Shown here piece after piece: positions 26,202 to 36,525 of a stretch of 64,000 nt of DNA (position 1 is the stretch's first letter; each line of letters opens with the position of its first letter). Location of the stretch: the NCBI GenBank assembly GCA_050485365.1, contig JBJHBH010000008.1, positions 2,143-66,142 of the forward strand. The letters run 5' to 3'. This DNA is from Desulfuromonadales bacterium. Lineage in GTDB: Bacteria > Desulfobacterota > Desulfuromonadia > Desulfuromonadales > JACZKF01. The translations under genes and the position numbers were made by a program. The notes under the pieces were generated by a model. The model was not told the origin of the DNA. It worked only from the letters and a program-made list of their open reading frames with translations, and did not search any database.

Positions 26202-29012
26202 TCAGAAGGCCCAGGGGGGATCGATCTTTTCGCGCAGGGCTTTTTTGCGGAACTTGTGCTCGTACATGCGCGTGTCGGCCTGGTGGAGCGCTTCTCTTAG
26301 GCGCTCGGCCGTCTCGGCGGTGGCGGCGCCGATGGAGATCTCCAACGTCTGCTCTGCCCCTTCGGCGTTGACGGCGTCGCGGGTTTCGCGTACGCGGTCG
26401 GCGACCGCGCGCACGGTGGCTGTGTCGGTGTTCGGCAAGAGGATGGCGAACTCGTCCCCGCCGATGCGGGCCACCACATCCTCGGGGCGCACCGATTCGC
26501 GAAGGACGCGGGCTGCCAGTTTGATGAGGCGGTCTCCGGCGCTGTGGCCGAGGCTGTCGTTGACCGATTTGAGACCGTCGACGTCGGCGATGATGACGCT
26601 GATCGGGTAGCGGCGGCTTCGCGACAGCCGCTCCAACTCCGCGTCGAAGTAGGCGCGGTTGAACAGCCCCGTCGTTGCATCGTGGGTGCTCATGTAGTTG
26701 AGCCGCTCCTCGTACTGCTTCCTCTCGGTGATGATGCTGGTCGTCCCCGCCAGGCGCAGCGCCACCCCCTCCTCGTCGCTCTCCACGATTCGCCCCCGCT
26801 CCAGAACCCATTCCCAGTCCCCGTCTTTTGTGCGCGAACGGAACTCGGCTTCGTAGGCGTCGCTCTGTGCGCGCAGGTGGGCTTCGAGGGCCTCCTGCAT
26901 CCGGGGGATATCGTCCGGGTGGATGAGCTTTTGCCGGGCGGTCATGGTCGGCGCGATCTCTTCGGGGGCGTAGCCGATCATGCGGGCGAAGCGGCGGCTG
27001 AAGGTCATCTCCCCCGTCGTCACGTTCCAGTCCCAGAAGCCGTCGTTGCTCCCCTCCAAAACGAGCTGCAGCCGCTCTTCGCTCTGGCGCAGCGCCTCCT
27101 CGGCTTCGCGCCGCGCCTCCTCGCGCGAGAAGTTGTCGATGGCGAACGAGATGCTCTGCGCCATCTCGGCCAGCAGGTCGAGGATCTTGGCGTCGAAGAA
27201 GTCCTTCTTTTCCGAATAGACCTTGAAGAAACCGAACGGCTCGCCGCGATCGACCAGGGGGAAGACGGCCGAGGCGCGGATGCCGCTGGCCAGGGCGGCC
27301 TCCCTCCACGGTCCGGTAGCCGGGTCGCGCAGGTAGTCGTTGCACACGTACGGCCTCCCCTCGCGCAGGGCGACGCCGGAGGGGCCGCGCCCCTCGGTCC
27401 GGCGCTCGTCGATGGAGACGATGGTCGTGCGGAGGAACTGCGCGGCCGAGCCGCTGAAGGCCACCGGCCGCAGGAGGCTCGACCCCTCCTCGATCATGCT
27501 GATGCCGGCCAGGCAGAACTTGCCGTAGTCGACGGCGATGCGGCAGATCTCCCGAAAGAGGGCGTCGCGGTCGCGGCTGTGCATGATCGCCTTGTTCGTT
27601 CGGCTCAGGGCCGAATAGAGGTTGCTGATCCGAAGGATCGTCTCCTCCGACTTCTTGCGCGCGGTGATGTCCTCGCCGATGCACGCCGTCCCGTCGACGC
27701 TCCCTTCCGCATCGTACAGCACCGTGATGTTCCACGAGATCAGGCGCCGCTCGGCGTTTCGGGTGACGATGTCGTTTTCGAAGTGGGTGGGCATCGTCCC
27801 TGTGTCGATCCAGTCGCCGTACATGGCGAGGAGGTCGGCACCCTCGGGGACGAGCATGTCGAACCAGTTGCGCCCGAGAATCTCCTCGCGGCTCCAGCCG
27901 ACGAGCGCCAGGGTGAAGTCGTTGCAGAACAGAACGCGCCCGTGGCGGTCGAGCTCGATGGCGATCATCTGCACGTTCTCGAAGGTTTCGCGGAAGCGAC
28001 GCTCCGACTCGCGCAGCGACTCTTCGGCCTGCTTTCGCTCGATGAGACGGCCGATGTGGCTGCCCAGAGGGGCGATGCGGTGCAGGAAGTCGCCGTCGAA
28101 GGGGCGCCTGGCGCGGGAGTAGAACTCCATCACTCCGACGCTTCTGCCCCCCAGCACGATGGGGAAGGCGAAGCCGCCCCGCAAACCGCACTCGGCGGCG
28201 AAGGGCCGGCGCAGAAAATTGTCGTCGCTGCGCACGTCTTCGACCCAGAAGGCCTTGCGCGCCTCCCACACGCGCCCCGGAAGCCCCTCGCCGGGGGCGA
28301 AGCTGAGCGTTCTTCCGGCGGTCATGAACGCGTCGACGTCGGTTCCCGCTTCGCTCCAGTGATGCAGCAGGCGAAGGTTTCTCCCCTGGGCGTCTTCCCA
28401 CCAGACCCCTCCCACGTCCCACCCGATGGAGGAGCAGATCGCCTCCAGCACCCAGGGGATCGCCTCAGAGACGGTGGGGGCGGCGGCCAGAATCTCGCTC
28501 ACCGCCTGCTCGACGGCGAGGCGAAGCTCGGTCTGGCTGCGCTCGGTGATGTCGCGGGCGATCTCAACGGTGGCGACGATGTCGCCCGATGCGTCCCTGA
28601 GGACGGAGGCGGACAGATCGCAGTGTCGCTGCTCTCCCCCGCGCAGGGTGAGGGTCCGTTCGCCGCGGCGGCTTCGGCCGTCGCGCAGCGTCTCGACGGT
28701 GAGGCAGCCTCGGCACGGGGCGTCGAGCCCCCACAGCGCCCGGTAGCAGTGCTCGCCGAGGTGCGCTCCGAACGCCGCCTCGCTGGCGGGGTTCTGGTAG
28801 ACGATGCGGAAATCGACGTCCTTGACGGTCACGATGTCGTCGATGGCGGCGAGGATCGCCTCGTTTCTGCGCAGCTCCGCCCTCGCGTCGAGCAGGGCGC
28901 GCCGCAGCGCCTCCGGAGTGTCGGGGTGGGCTTCCGGGGGGGTGTCCACGGGCATGAAGGCTCGCGGCGAGGCGGAAGCACCGAGATCGTTGGAAAAGTT
29001 CAGATCGTCCAT
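26202..29012 (-). CDS. PAS/GAF sensor diguanylate cyclase
   Basis: Multiple PAS and GAF-like segments, intact GGDEF and RPED I-site. Start codon uncertain. Confidence 0.9.
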   Translation of the reverse strand: MDDLNFSNDLGASASPRAFMPVDTPPEAHPDTPEALRRALLDARAELRRNEAILAAIDDIVTVKDVDFRIVYQNPASEAAFGAHLGEHCYRALWGLDAPCRGCLTVETLRDGRSRRGERTLTLRGGEQRHCDLSASVLRDASGDIVATVEIARDITERSQTELRLAVEQAVSEILAAAPTVSEAIPWVLEAICSSIGWDVGGVWWEDAQGRNLRLLHHWSEAGTDVDAFMTAGRTLSFAPGEGLPGRVWEARKAFWVEDVRSDDNFLRRPFAAECGLRGGFAFPIVLGGRSVGVMEFYSRARRPFDGDFLHRIAPLGSHIGRLIERKQAEESLRESERRFRETFENVQMIAIELDRHGRVLFCNDFTLALVGWSREEILGRNWFDMLVPEGADLLAMYGDWIDTGTMPTHFENDIVTRNAERRLISWNITVLYDAEGSVDGTACIGEDITARKKSEETILRISNLYSALSRTNKAIMHSRDRDALFREICRIAVDYGKFCLAGISMIEEGSSLLRPVAFSGSAAQFLRTTIVSIDERRTEGRGPSGVALREGRPYVCNDYLRDPATGPWREAALASGIRASAVFPLVDRGEPFGFFKVYSEKKDFFDAKILDLLAEMAQSISFAIDNFSREEARREAEEALRQSEERLQLVLEGSNDGFWDWNVTTGEMTFSRRFARMIGYAPEEIAPTMTARQKLIHPDDIPRMQEALEAHLRAQSDAYEAEFRSRTKDGDWEWVLERGRIVESDEEGVALRLAGTTSIITERKQYEERLNYMSTHDATTGLFNRAYFDAELERLSRSRRYPISVIIADVDGLKSVNDSLGHSAGDRLIKLAARVLRESVRPEDVVARIGGDEFAILLPNTDTATVRAVADRVRETRDAVNAEGAEQTLEISIGAATAETAERLREALHQADTRMYEHKFRKKALREKIDPPWAF

Positions 29013-29074
29013 GACGTGGTTCCAGAAGGTATGTGACGGCGCCGGCCCGGTGCGGCAGTGCGCGGCGTCCATTC

Positions 29075-29103
29075 TTGACATCGAAATAAGGGATCAGTAT
29101 CCT
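29075..29103 (+). promoter_or_regulatory. Putative sigma70 promoter of the Ca/Na antiporter
   Basis: TTGACA-N17-TATCCT. Confidence 0.6.
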
Positions 29104-29116
29104 TCGGCATGCCGGG

Positions 29117-29199
29117 GCCGGGTCGCTGTCGGGCCTGAAGCGCGATCCGGCTGCGAGACCTTTATCCGTCTGCGCGCGCGGGTAAGGGTCTTTTCGTTT
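29117..29199 (+). promoter_or_regulatory. Structured 5' leader with intrinsic terminator (attenuator or riboswitch candidate)
   Basis: 10-bp stem at 29117-29151, then a 13-bp stem at 29156-29191 with a T-rich tail, just before the RBS. Confidence 0.5.
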
Positions 29200-29217
29200 C
29201 GAAAGAGGAGGCGCTTC

Positions 29218-30288
29218 ATGGACGGGCTCACCCTCGTTCTTTTTTTCGTCGGTCTGGTCATCCTGCTCTTCGGCGCCGAGATCCTGGTGCGGGGGGCCGC
29301 CCGGCTGGCCGTCCTCTTCGGGGTCTCCCCCCTGGTGATCGGGCTCACCGTCGTCGCCTTCGGCACGAGCTCCCCCGAGCTCGCCGTGAGCCTCTTCTCT
29401 TCGGGCGCGGGGCAGGCCGACATCGCCGTCGGCAACGTCGTCGGCTCCAACATCTGCAATATCCTGCTGATTCTTGGGATCTCGGCCGCCATCACCCCCC
29501 TGACCGTCTGTCGTCAACTGATCCGGCAGGAAGTCCCCCTGCTGATCGGCGTCTCCTTCCTCTTCTTTCTCCTCGCCCTCGACGGGCGCATCGGCCGCCT
29601 CGACGGCGCCCTCTTCTTCGGCGGCCTCGTCGTCTATCTCGTCTGGACCATCCGCGCCAGCCGAAAACAGATCGCCTGCGGCGACGACGAGGCGACGGAG
29701 ATCCCCGCCGCCTCGGGGGGGGCGGCCAAGCAGATCTTTCTGGTTCTGGCGGGCCTTGCCATGCTCGTCGCCGGATCGAAGTGGCTCGTCGACGGCGCCG
29801 TCGTCATGGCGCGCGCCCTGGGGGTGAGCGAGCTCATCATCGGGCTGACCATCGTCTCCATCGGCACCTCGCTCCCCGAGGTCGCCACCTGCATCGTGGC
29901 GGCGATGCGCGGCGAGCGCGACATGGCGGTGGGCAACGCCGTCGGGAGCAACCTCTTCAACATCCTGGCGGTGCTCGGGCTCACCGCCCTCGTCACCCCC
30001 GGCGGCGTCCCCGTTTCGCCCGCCGCCCTGCAGTTCGACATCCCGGTGATGCTCGTGGCGACCGTCGCCTGCCTCCCCGTCTTCTTCACCGGACACCTCA
30101 TCGCCCGCTGGGAGGGGATCCTCTTTCTCGGCTACTACGTCGCCTACATCCTCTACATCGTTCTTTCGGCCCTGCAGCACGGGGCGCTGCCGACCTTCAG
30201 CACGGCGATGCTCTGGTTCGTTCTGCCGCTGACCGCCCTCACCCTGTGCATCGGCGTTTGGCGCACGCTGCGGGAACACCGACTTTAG
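29218..30288 (+). CDS. Calcium/sodium antiporter (YrbG/CaCA family)
   Basis: Alpha repeats GTSSPE/GTSLPE, GNVVGSN and GNAVGSN. Confidence 0.93.
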   Translation: MDGLTLVLFFVGLVILLFGAEILVRGAARLAVLFGVSPLVIGLTVVAFGTSSPELAVSLFSSGAGQADIAVGNVVGSNICNILLILGISAAITPLTVCRQLIRQEVPLLIGVSFLFFLLALDGRIGRLDGALFFGGLVVYLVWTIRASRKQIACGDDEATEIPAASGGAAKQIFLVLAGLAMLVAGSKWLVDGAVVMARALGVSELIIGLTIVSIGTSLPEVATCIVAAMRGERDMAVGNAVGSNLFNILAVLGLTALVTPGGVPVSPAALQFDIPVMLVATVACLPVFFTGHLIARWEGILFLGYYVAYILYIVLSALQHGALPTFSTAMLWFVLPLTALTLCIGVWRTLREHRL

Positions 30289-30357
30289 AAGGGGGTTTCC
30301 AGAGTGTAACATACGACAATCGTTCCAAAGGGTGGAATAAAAAAATAGGTCTGACCT

Positions 30358-31449
30358 TTAGTCTTCTGGCGGAATCGGTTGGGGAACCTCGGAGGGGATC
30401 AGGGGGCGGGGGGGGATGTGGTCGGGGATCGTGAGGAGCATCGTCCCCCGGGGCATCTCCAACTCGTCGTAGAGGCGCCGCGTGTTGCGGATGTACGCCT
30501 TGGAAAGGTGGACGGGGAGGAAGGCGCCGGGGCGCAGCTCTTCGAGGAGGGCGTTGACGTCGGTGGTGCACAGGTGCCGCGACGCCCTTGCCTTCTCGGC
30601 GTCGGCGGCGAGGAAGGTGCACTCGGCGATCAGGAGCGTCACGCCCCGCAACAAAGAGACGATCTTCCGCCGGTTCGCCTCGCTGAAGTCGACGTCAGTA
30701 AAATAGCCGAGGCTCGCCGGGGGCGCCTCGCCCCGGATCGCCTCGTACAGGGCGCGGGCGTCGCGCACCGTCTCGCTTCGCTCCCCTTCGGCGGTGCGCC
30801 GCACGATGCGGATCGGTTCGTCGCCCATCGTCCCGCGATGGAAGCTCTTTTTCAGCATCCCGATCCACGGCCCGGCCTCGATCCCTTCGCGCAGGAGCTT
30901 TTCCGGATCGATGAGAAACGGAGGCGCTTCGGTGAGGCGGAAGAAGAGGACGGGGAGGCCGTGATCCGCCGTTTCCGCTTCCACACGCAGGTGACGGTTC
31001 TCGTAGATGGTGCGACCGGCCCTTTGCACTTCGCCCAACTCGCGCAGGGGGAACCCCTCGGGACCGGGCAGAAGGAAGGTGCGGGAGAGCCCCGGGGCGA
31101 TCTCGTGTACACGAAACGAGCACCAGTGCGCTTCGGTGAGGTTCCAGTCGTAGCCGCCGAGTTTTTTCTCGAGGCGCCGGGCGATCCCGGGGGGGCCGAA
31201 CAGATCGACGGTGCGCGGGGAGACGTGGACGTGGCGCACGAAGGTGTCGATCCCCATGAAGTGGTCCATGTGCGCGTGGGTGATGAAGAGCGCTTCGGTC
31301 GATTTGAGGACACGCTTGGCCAGGTGGGTGATCTGCCCGCAGTCGAACAGGAGGCCTTTGCCCCGGGGGCGCACGCGCACCGAGACGACGGGATCGTCGA
31401 GCAGGCCGCTGTAGAGGGTCGGTTCGATGGCGCGAAAGAGGGAATTCAT
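30358..31449 (-). CDS. Ribonuclease Z-like metallo-beta-lactamase fold protein
   Basis: LLFDCG, THAHMDH, YFTD, ECTF and PVHLS motifs. Confidence 0.8.
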   Translation of the reverse strand: MNSLFRAIEPTLYSGLLDDPVVSVRVRPRGKGLLFDCGQITHLAKRVLKSTEALFITHAHMDHFMGIDTFVRHVHVSPRTVDLFGPPGIARRLEKKLGGYDWNLTEAHWCSFRVHEIAPGLSRTFLLPGPEGFPLRELGEVQRAGRTIYENRHLRVEAETADHGLPVLFFRLTEAPPFLIDPEKLLREGIEAGPWIGMLKKSFHRGTMGDEPIRIVRRTAEGERSETVRDARALYEAIRGEAPPASLGYFTDVDFSEANRRKIVSLLRGVTLLIAECTFLAADAEKARASRHLCTTDVNALLEELRPGAFLPVHLSKAYIRNTRRLYDELEMPRGTMLLTIPDHIPPRPLIPSEVPQPIPPED

Positions 31450-31595
31450 CTCTACATTCTACCGTGCGGTGCGCCGCAGCTGAATCGGAGCGTTGACTTT
31501 TCGAGTGCCCGGTGTAAGCTCCTGACGACTTTCACGTTCAGGTCTTCATTCATCCAACCGGGGCGCGTCGGGAGGTGCGCCGCAGGGGCTTTGTC

Positions 31596-32123
31596 ATGAT
31601 TTTTCGGTGCATTCTGATCGCCCTTTTCATCCTCGCCGGGGGGAGCGCCGCCGCGGCGCAAAGCGAACCCGAAGTCGTCCGTTCGTTCGGCGCCTTCGAT
31701 GTGCTCGGCGACAGCCGCAACGTTCTGGAGGTCGGCGTCGGGTTCTTCGACATCGCGGACCGGCACTCGGTGGAGGCCGTCAAGATCGAGGGGCGCCTCG
31801 GGCGCAAGCTCTCCTTCGTCGGGCCGGCCCTCGGGGTGGTGGCCAACCGCGAGGGGGGCGTTTTCGGTTACATGGGCGCCTACGTCGACATCGCCGTGGG
31901 GCGATTCACCCTCACCCCCCTGGGCGGCATCGGCGCCTACCACAAGGGCGACAGCAAGGATCTGGGGGGATTCTTCATCTTTCGCTCCGGCCTCTCGGTC
32001 GCCTACCGCCTGAGCGAGCGCCTCGGCATCGGCGCCGCCTGGGGGCACGTCTCCAACGCCCGGATCTACAACAGCAATCCGGGGCAGGACGACCTCTTTG
32101 TCACCCTGCAGTGGCGATTCTGA
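31596..32123 (+). CDS. Acyloxyacyl hydrolase / PagL-like outer-membrane beta-barrel
   Basis: Signal peptide, HVSNA...NPG motif and C-terminal Phe. Confidence 0.75.
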   Translation: MIFRCILIALFILAGGSAAAAQSEPEVVRSFGAFDVLGDSRNVLEVGVGFFDIADRHSVEAVKIEGRLGRKLSFVGPALGVVANREGGVFGYMGAYVDIAVGRFTLTPLGGIGAYHKGDSKDLGGFFIFRSGLSVAYRLSERLGIGAAWGHVSNARIYNSNPGQDDLFVTLQWRF

Positions 32124-32248
32124 GGCATCGTCTCCCCTTCTTCCCGACGCAAAGTGGTCCGATCCGCCGTTTTCGAGGTTGATTTGACGGCGCGGACGTC
32201 CTAGCATATCCCTTTTTCATTCACCACAGATCCACGGGAAAACCAGCC

Positions 32249-34036
32249 TTGAAGGCCATCACACCTCCGAACCGGCTGCGGGAGCGATGCACCGCGGCCT
32301 TGAGCCGTTTGCGCGTCAGCGAAAACACCTTCATGATCATCCTCGCGGTGATCATCGGGGTGATCTCGGGGCTGGTCAACTACGCCTTCCGCATGACGAT
32401 CGAGTTTTTCGACTGGCTCGTCATCGGCCAAGGGAGCGCTCTGCTCGGCGTCTCCTTCGACGAATGGAGCGCCTCGCGCCTACTGGTGATCTTCTTTCCG
32501 ATGATCGGCGCGTTTCTGCTCGTCCCCCTCTTCTATTTCTTCGGGGCTGAGATGCGCTCGGGGTTCCCGCAGTTTCTCACCACCGTCAATCTCAAGGGGG
32601 CGAAGATCCCGGGGCGCACCATCTTCACCCGGGGGGCGGCGAGCGCCGTCGTCATCGGCACGGGGGGGTCGGCCGGGCAGGAGGGGCCGATCGCGCAGAT
32701 CGGCGGTGCCATCGGCAGCCAGATCGGCCAGGGGTTCAAGATGAGCGGTGAGCGCCTGAAGGTCCTCGTCGCCTGCGGCGTCGCCGGCGGGGTGGCGGCG
32801 ACCTTCAACGCCCCCATCGCCGGGGTCTTCTTCGCCCACGAGATCGTGCTGCGCTCCTCCTTCGAGCGCACCAGCTTCACCTCCATCGTCATCGCCAGCG
32901 CCATGAGCACCGTGGTGTCGCGGGCGCTTCTGGGCAATCACCCCGAATTCGTCGTCCCCCCCTACGTCCTCGTGCACGCCGGAGAGCTCGCCTTCTATCT
33001 TGTCCTCGGCGTCCTCATCGGCGGGCTCGCCGCCCTGTTCATCGACACCCACTACCGCATCAAGGACCGCTTCGACGCCCTGTCGATGCACCCCCTCGCC
33101 AAGCCCTTCGTCGGCGCGGCGCTGGTCGGGGTCATCGGCGTCGGCTTCCCCCAGGTCTTCGGCAACGGCTACGAGTTCATCGAGGCGGTCCTGCACGGCG
33201 ACGGCTCCCTCTACCTGCTCGGGGCGCTGGTGGTCCTGAAGGCCCTCGCCACCTCCTTCACCCTCGGCTCGGGGCTCCCCGGGGGGCTCTTCGCCCCCTC
33301 CCTCTTTCTGGGGGCGGTGGCCGGGGGGGCCTTCGGCAAGGGGGCGCAGCTCCTCTTTCCGGGGATGATCGCCTCGCCCGGAGCCTACGCCCTGGTGGGG
33401 ATGGGGGCCTTTTTGTCGGCGGCGACCCACGCGCCGATGACCGCCATCTTTTTGCTGTTCGAGATCACCGCCTCCTACGAGGTCATCATCCCCATCATGA
33501 TGACGTGCGTCATCGGCACCGCCATCAGCCGCCGCATCAAGCGCGAAAATCTCGAGACGGTGGAGCTCGCCCGGGCGGGGATCAACCTGGAAGGGGGTAA
33601 GGAGCGCAACGTCCTGCAGTCGATCCGCGTCGGCGAGGTGATGAACCGCCAGGCCGAGACGATCCCCGAGAACATGACGCTTCGGCAGTTCACCGACTTC
33701 ATGGCGAGCACGCGGCACACCAACTTCCCCCTGGTCAACCGCAGCGGCGAGCTCACCGGGATCATCTCGGAGCAGGACTTCATGGGGGTCGTCTTCGAGC
33801 CCGACCTCATGGATCTGGTGGTCGTCAAGGAGCTCGCGACCCTCAAGGTCGTCACCGTCCACGAGGACGACAACCTCGACGAGGCGATGCGCCGGATCGG
33901 CATCCGCAACATCGAGCAACTCCCCGTGGTCGATCGGCACACGGGCAAGAAGCTGGTGGGGATCGTCTCCCGGCGCGACATGCTCTCGGCCTACAACCGG
34001 GCTCTGATGGCCCGCACACTGCAAGGTGAACAATGA
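32249..34036 (+). CDS. CLC chloride channel/antiporter with CBS domains
   Basis: GQEGP, FNAPIAG and GGLFAPS motifs plus a C-terminal CBS pair. Confidence 0.92.
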   Translation: MKAITPPNRLRERCTAALSRLRVSENTFMIILAVIIGVISGLVNYAFRMTIEFFDWLVIGQGSALLGVSFDEWSASRLLVIFFPMIGAFLLVPLFYFFGAEMRSGFPQFLTTVNLKGAKIPGRTIFTRGAASAVVIGTGGSAGQEGPIAQIGGAIGSQIGQGFKMSGERLKVLVACGVAGGVAATFNAPIAGVFFAHEIVLRSSFERTSFTSIVIASAMSTVVSRALLGNHPEFVVPPYVLVHAGELAFYLVLGVLIGGLAALFIDTHYRIKDRFDALSMHPLAKPFVGAALVGVIGVGFPQVFGNGYEFIEAVLHGDGSLYLLGALVVLKALATSFTLGSGLPGGLFAPSLFLGAVAGGAFGKGAQLLFPGMIASPGAYALVGMGAFLSAATHAPMTAIFLLFEITASYEVIIPIMMTCVIGTAISRRIKRENLETVELARAGINLEGGKERNVLQSIRVGEVMNRQAETIPENMTLRQFTDFMASTRHTNFPLVNRSGELTGIISEQDFMGVVFEPDLMDLVVVKELATLKVVTVHEDDNLDEAMRRIGIRNIEQLPVVDRHTGKKLVGIVSRRDMLSAYNRALMARTLQGEQ

Positions 34037-36282
34037 AAGACGATCTGCTCAAGGGGCTCAATCCCCGCCAGCGCGAGGCGATCCTGCACGGCGAGGGGCC
34101 ATTGCTCCTTCTGGCCGGGGCGGGCTCCGGCAAGACCCGCACCCTCACCCACCGCGTGGCGCACCTGATCCGCGAGCGGGGGACGGCGCCGTGGCGCATC
34201 CTTGCGGTGACCTTCACCAACAAGGCGGCGGCCGAGATGCGCGAGCGTCTGCTGCACCTGCTGGGGGACGAGGCCAAGGGGCTGTGGGTCGCCACCTTTC
34301 ACGCCGCCTGCGTGCGCATCCTGCGCCGTGAGATCGCCGCGCTGGGGTACACCTCCGACTTCACCATCTACGACGACGGCGACCAGGAGCGGCTGCTGCG
34401 CACCATCCTCAAAGAGCTCGAGATCCCCGAGAAGACCCTTCGCCCCCGCTCGGCGGCCGCCGCCATCGACGCGGCGAAGAACCGCGGACGGCTGCCGCAC
34501 CAGGTCGAGCGCGGCGACGCCTATCACGATCTGACCGCCCGGGTCTACGAGGCGTACCAGCAGCGCCTCAAGCAGGCCAACGCCGTCGACTTCGGCGACC
34601 TGCTCCTGCTCACCGTGCGCCTCTTCGACGAGCACCCCGAGATCCGCCACCGCTACGCCGAGCGCTTCGAGCACCTGCTCGTCGACGAGTTCCAGGACAC
34701 CAACGAGGTGCAGTACGCCCTGATCCGCCACTTGGCGCACCGCCACGGCAACGTGTGCGTCGTCGGCGACGACGACCAGTCGATCTACGCCTGGCGCGGG
34801 GCGCAGATCGGCAACATCCTCAATTTCGAGCGCGACTGGCCCGGCTGCGCCGTCATCCGCCTGGAGCAGAACTACCGCTCGACCGCGACGATCCTCGAGG
34901 CGGCCGGCGAGGTCGTCGCCCGCAACGTCGGGCGAAAGGGCAAGACGCTGTGGACCGAGAACCCCGCCGGAGAAAAGCTCACCGTCGAGCTCCTTCCCGA
35001 CGACCGCGAGGAGGCGCGCTTCGTCGCCGCCGAGATTTCCCGGCTGCGCCGCCGCGGGCGCCACCTGCGCGACGTGGCCGTCTTCTACCGCACCAACGCC
35101 CAGTCGCGCTCGCTGGAGGAGGCGCTGGTGCAGGAGCGCCTCCCCTACGTCATGGTCGGCGGGGTGAAGTTCTTCGCCCGCATGGAGATCAAGGACGTTT
35201 TGGCGTACCTGCGCGCCCTGCTCAATCCCGCCGACGCTCTCTCGGCGCGGCGCATCGTCAACGTCCCCCCCCGGGGGATCGGGGCGGCCACCGTCGAGCG
35301 CATCGGCGCCTTCGAGGCCGAAGCGGGCGGCTTCCTCCCCGCCTGCACCATCGCCCTGGAGCGCGGCGCCCTCAAGGGGGCGGCGGCCGCCAAGGTGCGC
35401 GGCTTCGTCGAGCTGATGCGCACATTCGCCGAGAAGATGGAGCACACCCCCTACCCCGAGCTCACCGCCGAGCTCATCGAAGAGTCGGGGTACGGAGCGG
35501 CGCTGCGCGAGACGGCCTCCGGGGCGATGAGTGCGGCCGACCGGGAGGAGGCGCAGGAGCGCCTGCAGAACCTGGAGCAGCTGCTGGCGGGGATGGAGGA
35601 GCATGTCGCCACCGAAGGGACGCTGCACGACTTTCTCGAACAGGTCGCCCTCGTCACCGACCTCGACAGCTATGACGGCAGCCTCGACCGCGTCACTCTC
35701 ATGACGCTGCACGCCGCCAAGGGGCTCGAATACCCCGTCGTCTTCATGACGGGGATGGAGGAGGGGCTCTTCCCCCACAGCCGCACCAGCGCCGCCGAGG
35801 AGTCGCTGGAAGAAGAGCGGCGCCTCGCCTACGTCGGGATGACCCGGGCGATGGAGAAGCTCTACCTCACCCACGCGCGCCAGCGCCGCATCTTCGGCGA
35901 CTTCCAGTTCAACCCCCCGAGCCGCTTCCTGGGGGAGATCCCCCCCCATCTGGTGGAGGGGGCGCAGACCCCCGCCGCCCCCCCGGCGCTGCAAAAGACC
36001 GCGGGGCACAACCTCGCCTCCATCTTCGAGCGCTTCCCCGCCGCGTCTCTGGAAGACGAGGCGGAGGCCGCAGCCGAGCCCTCACCTTTCGACGAGGTGC
36101 GCGTCGTCCCCGAGCCCGAGGAGGGGGTGCGCCTCGGCACCCGGGTACGCCACCTCAAGTTCGGCATCGGGACGGTGCGGCGCATCGAGGGGAGCGGCGA
36201 CAACCAGAAGGTCACCATCTACTTCAACACCGTCGGCTCCAAAAAGCTCCTCCTCAAATTTGCCGGACTCGAGCCCGCCTGA
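34033..36282 (+). CDS. uvrD: ATP-dependent DNA helicase UvrD/PcrA
   Basis: AGAGSGKT, TFTNKAA, VDEFQD, GDDDQSIY, HAAKGLE, YVGMTRA and C-terminal Tudor-like domain. Confidence 0.93.
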   Translation: MKDDLLKGLNPRQREAILHGEGPLLLLAGAGSGKTRTLTHRVAHLIRERGTAPWRILAVTFTNKAAAEMRERLLHLLGDEAKGLWVATFHAACVRILRREIAALGYTSDFTIYDDGDQERLLRTILKELEIPEKTLRPRSAAAAIDAAKNRGRLPHQVERGDAYHDLTARVYEAYQQRLKQANAVDFGDLLLLTVRLFDEHPEIRHRYAERFEHLLVDEFQDTNEVQYALIRHLAHRHGNVCVVGDDDQSIYAWRGAQIGNILNFERDWPGCAVIRLEQNYRSTATILEAAGEVVARNVGRKGKTLWTENPAGEKLTVELLPDDREEARFVAAEISRLRRRGRHLRDVAVFYRTNAQSRSLEEALVQERLPYVMVGGVKFFARMEIKDVLAYLRALLNPADALSARRIVNVPPRGIGAATVERIGAFEAEAGGFLPACTIALERGALKGAAAAKVRGFVELMRTFAEKMEHTPYPELTAELIEESGYGAALRETASGAMSAADREEAQERLQNLEQLLAGMEEHVATEGTLHDFLEQVALVTDLDSYDGSLDRVTLMTLHAAKGLEYPVVFMTGMEEGLFPHSRTSAAEESLEEERRLAYVGMTRAMEKLYLTHARQRRIFGDFQFNPPSRFLGEIPPHLVEGAQTPAAPPALQKTAGHNLASIFERFPAASLEDEAEAAAEPSPFDEVRVVPEPEEGVRLGTRVRHLKFGIGTVRRIEGSGDNQKVTIYFNTVGSKKLLLKFAGLEPA

Positions 36283-36320
36283 GAGCGTCGGCTTGTACAC
36301 GGCTCGCCAAGGTTCAGCAT

Positions 36321-36423
36321 GAGGTCCCAACTCCCATGCCAAGGGACGCTTTTCGCCGTCCATGGCCGCTTGGCTGGCGCCGTCCATGGCGCCAGACACC
36401 CTTGTCATGGGAGCCGTGACCCC
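36321..36423 (+). repeat. About 100-bp MITE-like repeat, copy B
   Basis: Near-identical to 22684-22785. Confidence 0.85.
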
Positions 36424-36525
36424 ACACACGTGAACAGATCCCTTTGTTGTCCCATTTTCCAGGTCGTATCGCGCACTTCACCCCCTGGCATGCTATGATA
36501 AGAGTTAGGCGGACTGGAGCGGCGT

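Noticed and set aside
30340-30362. AATAGGTCTGACCTTTA as another RAYT-type end
   Set aside because: Single short copy with no partner in the window. Could be chance.
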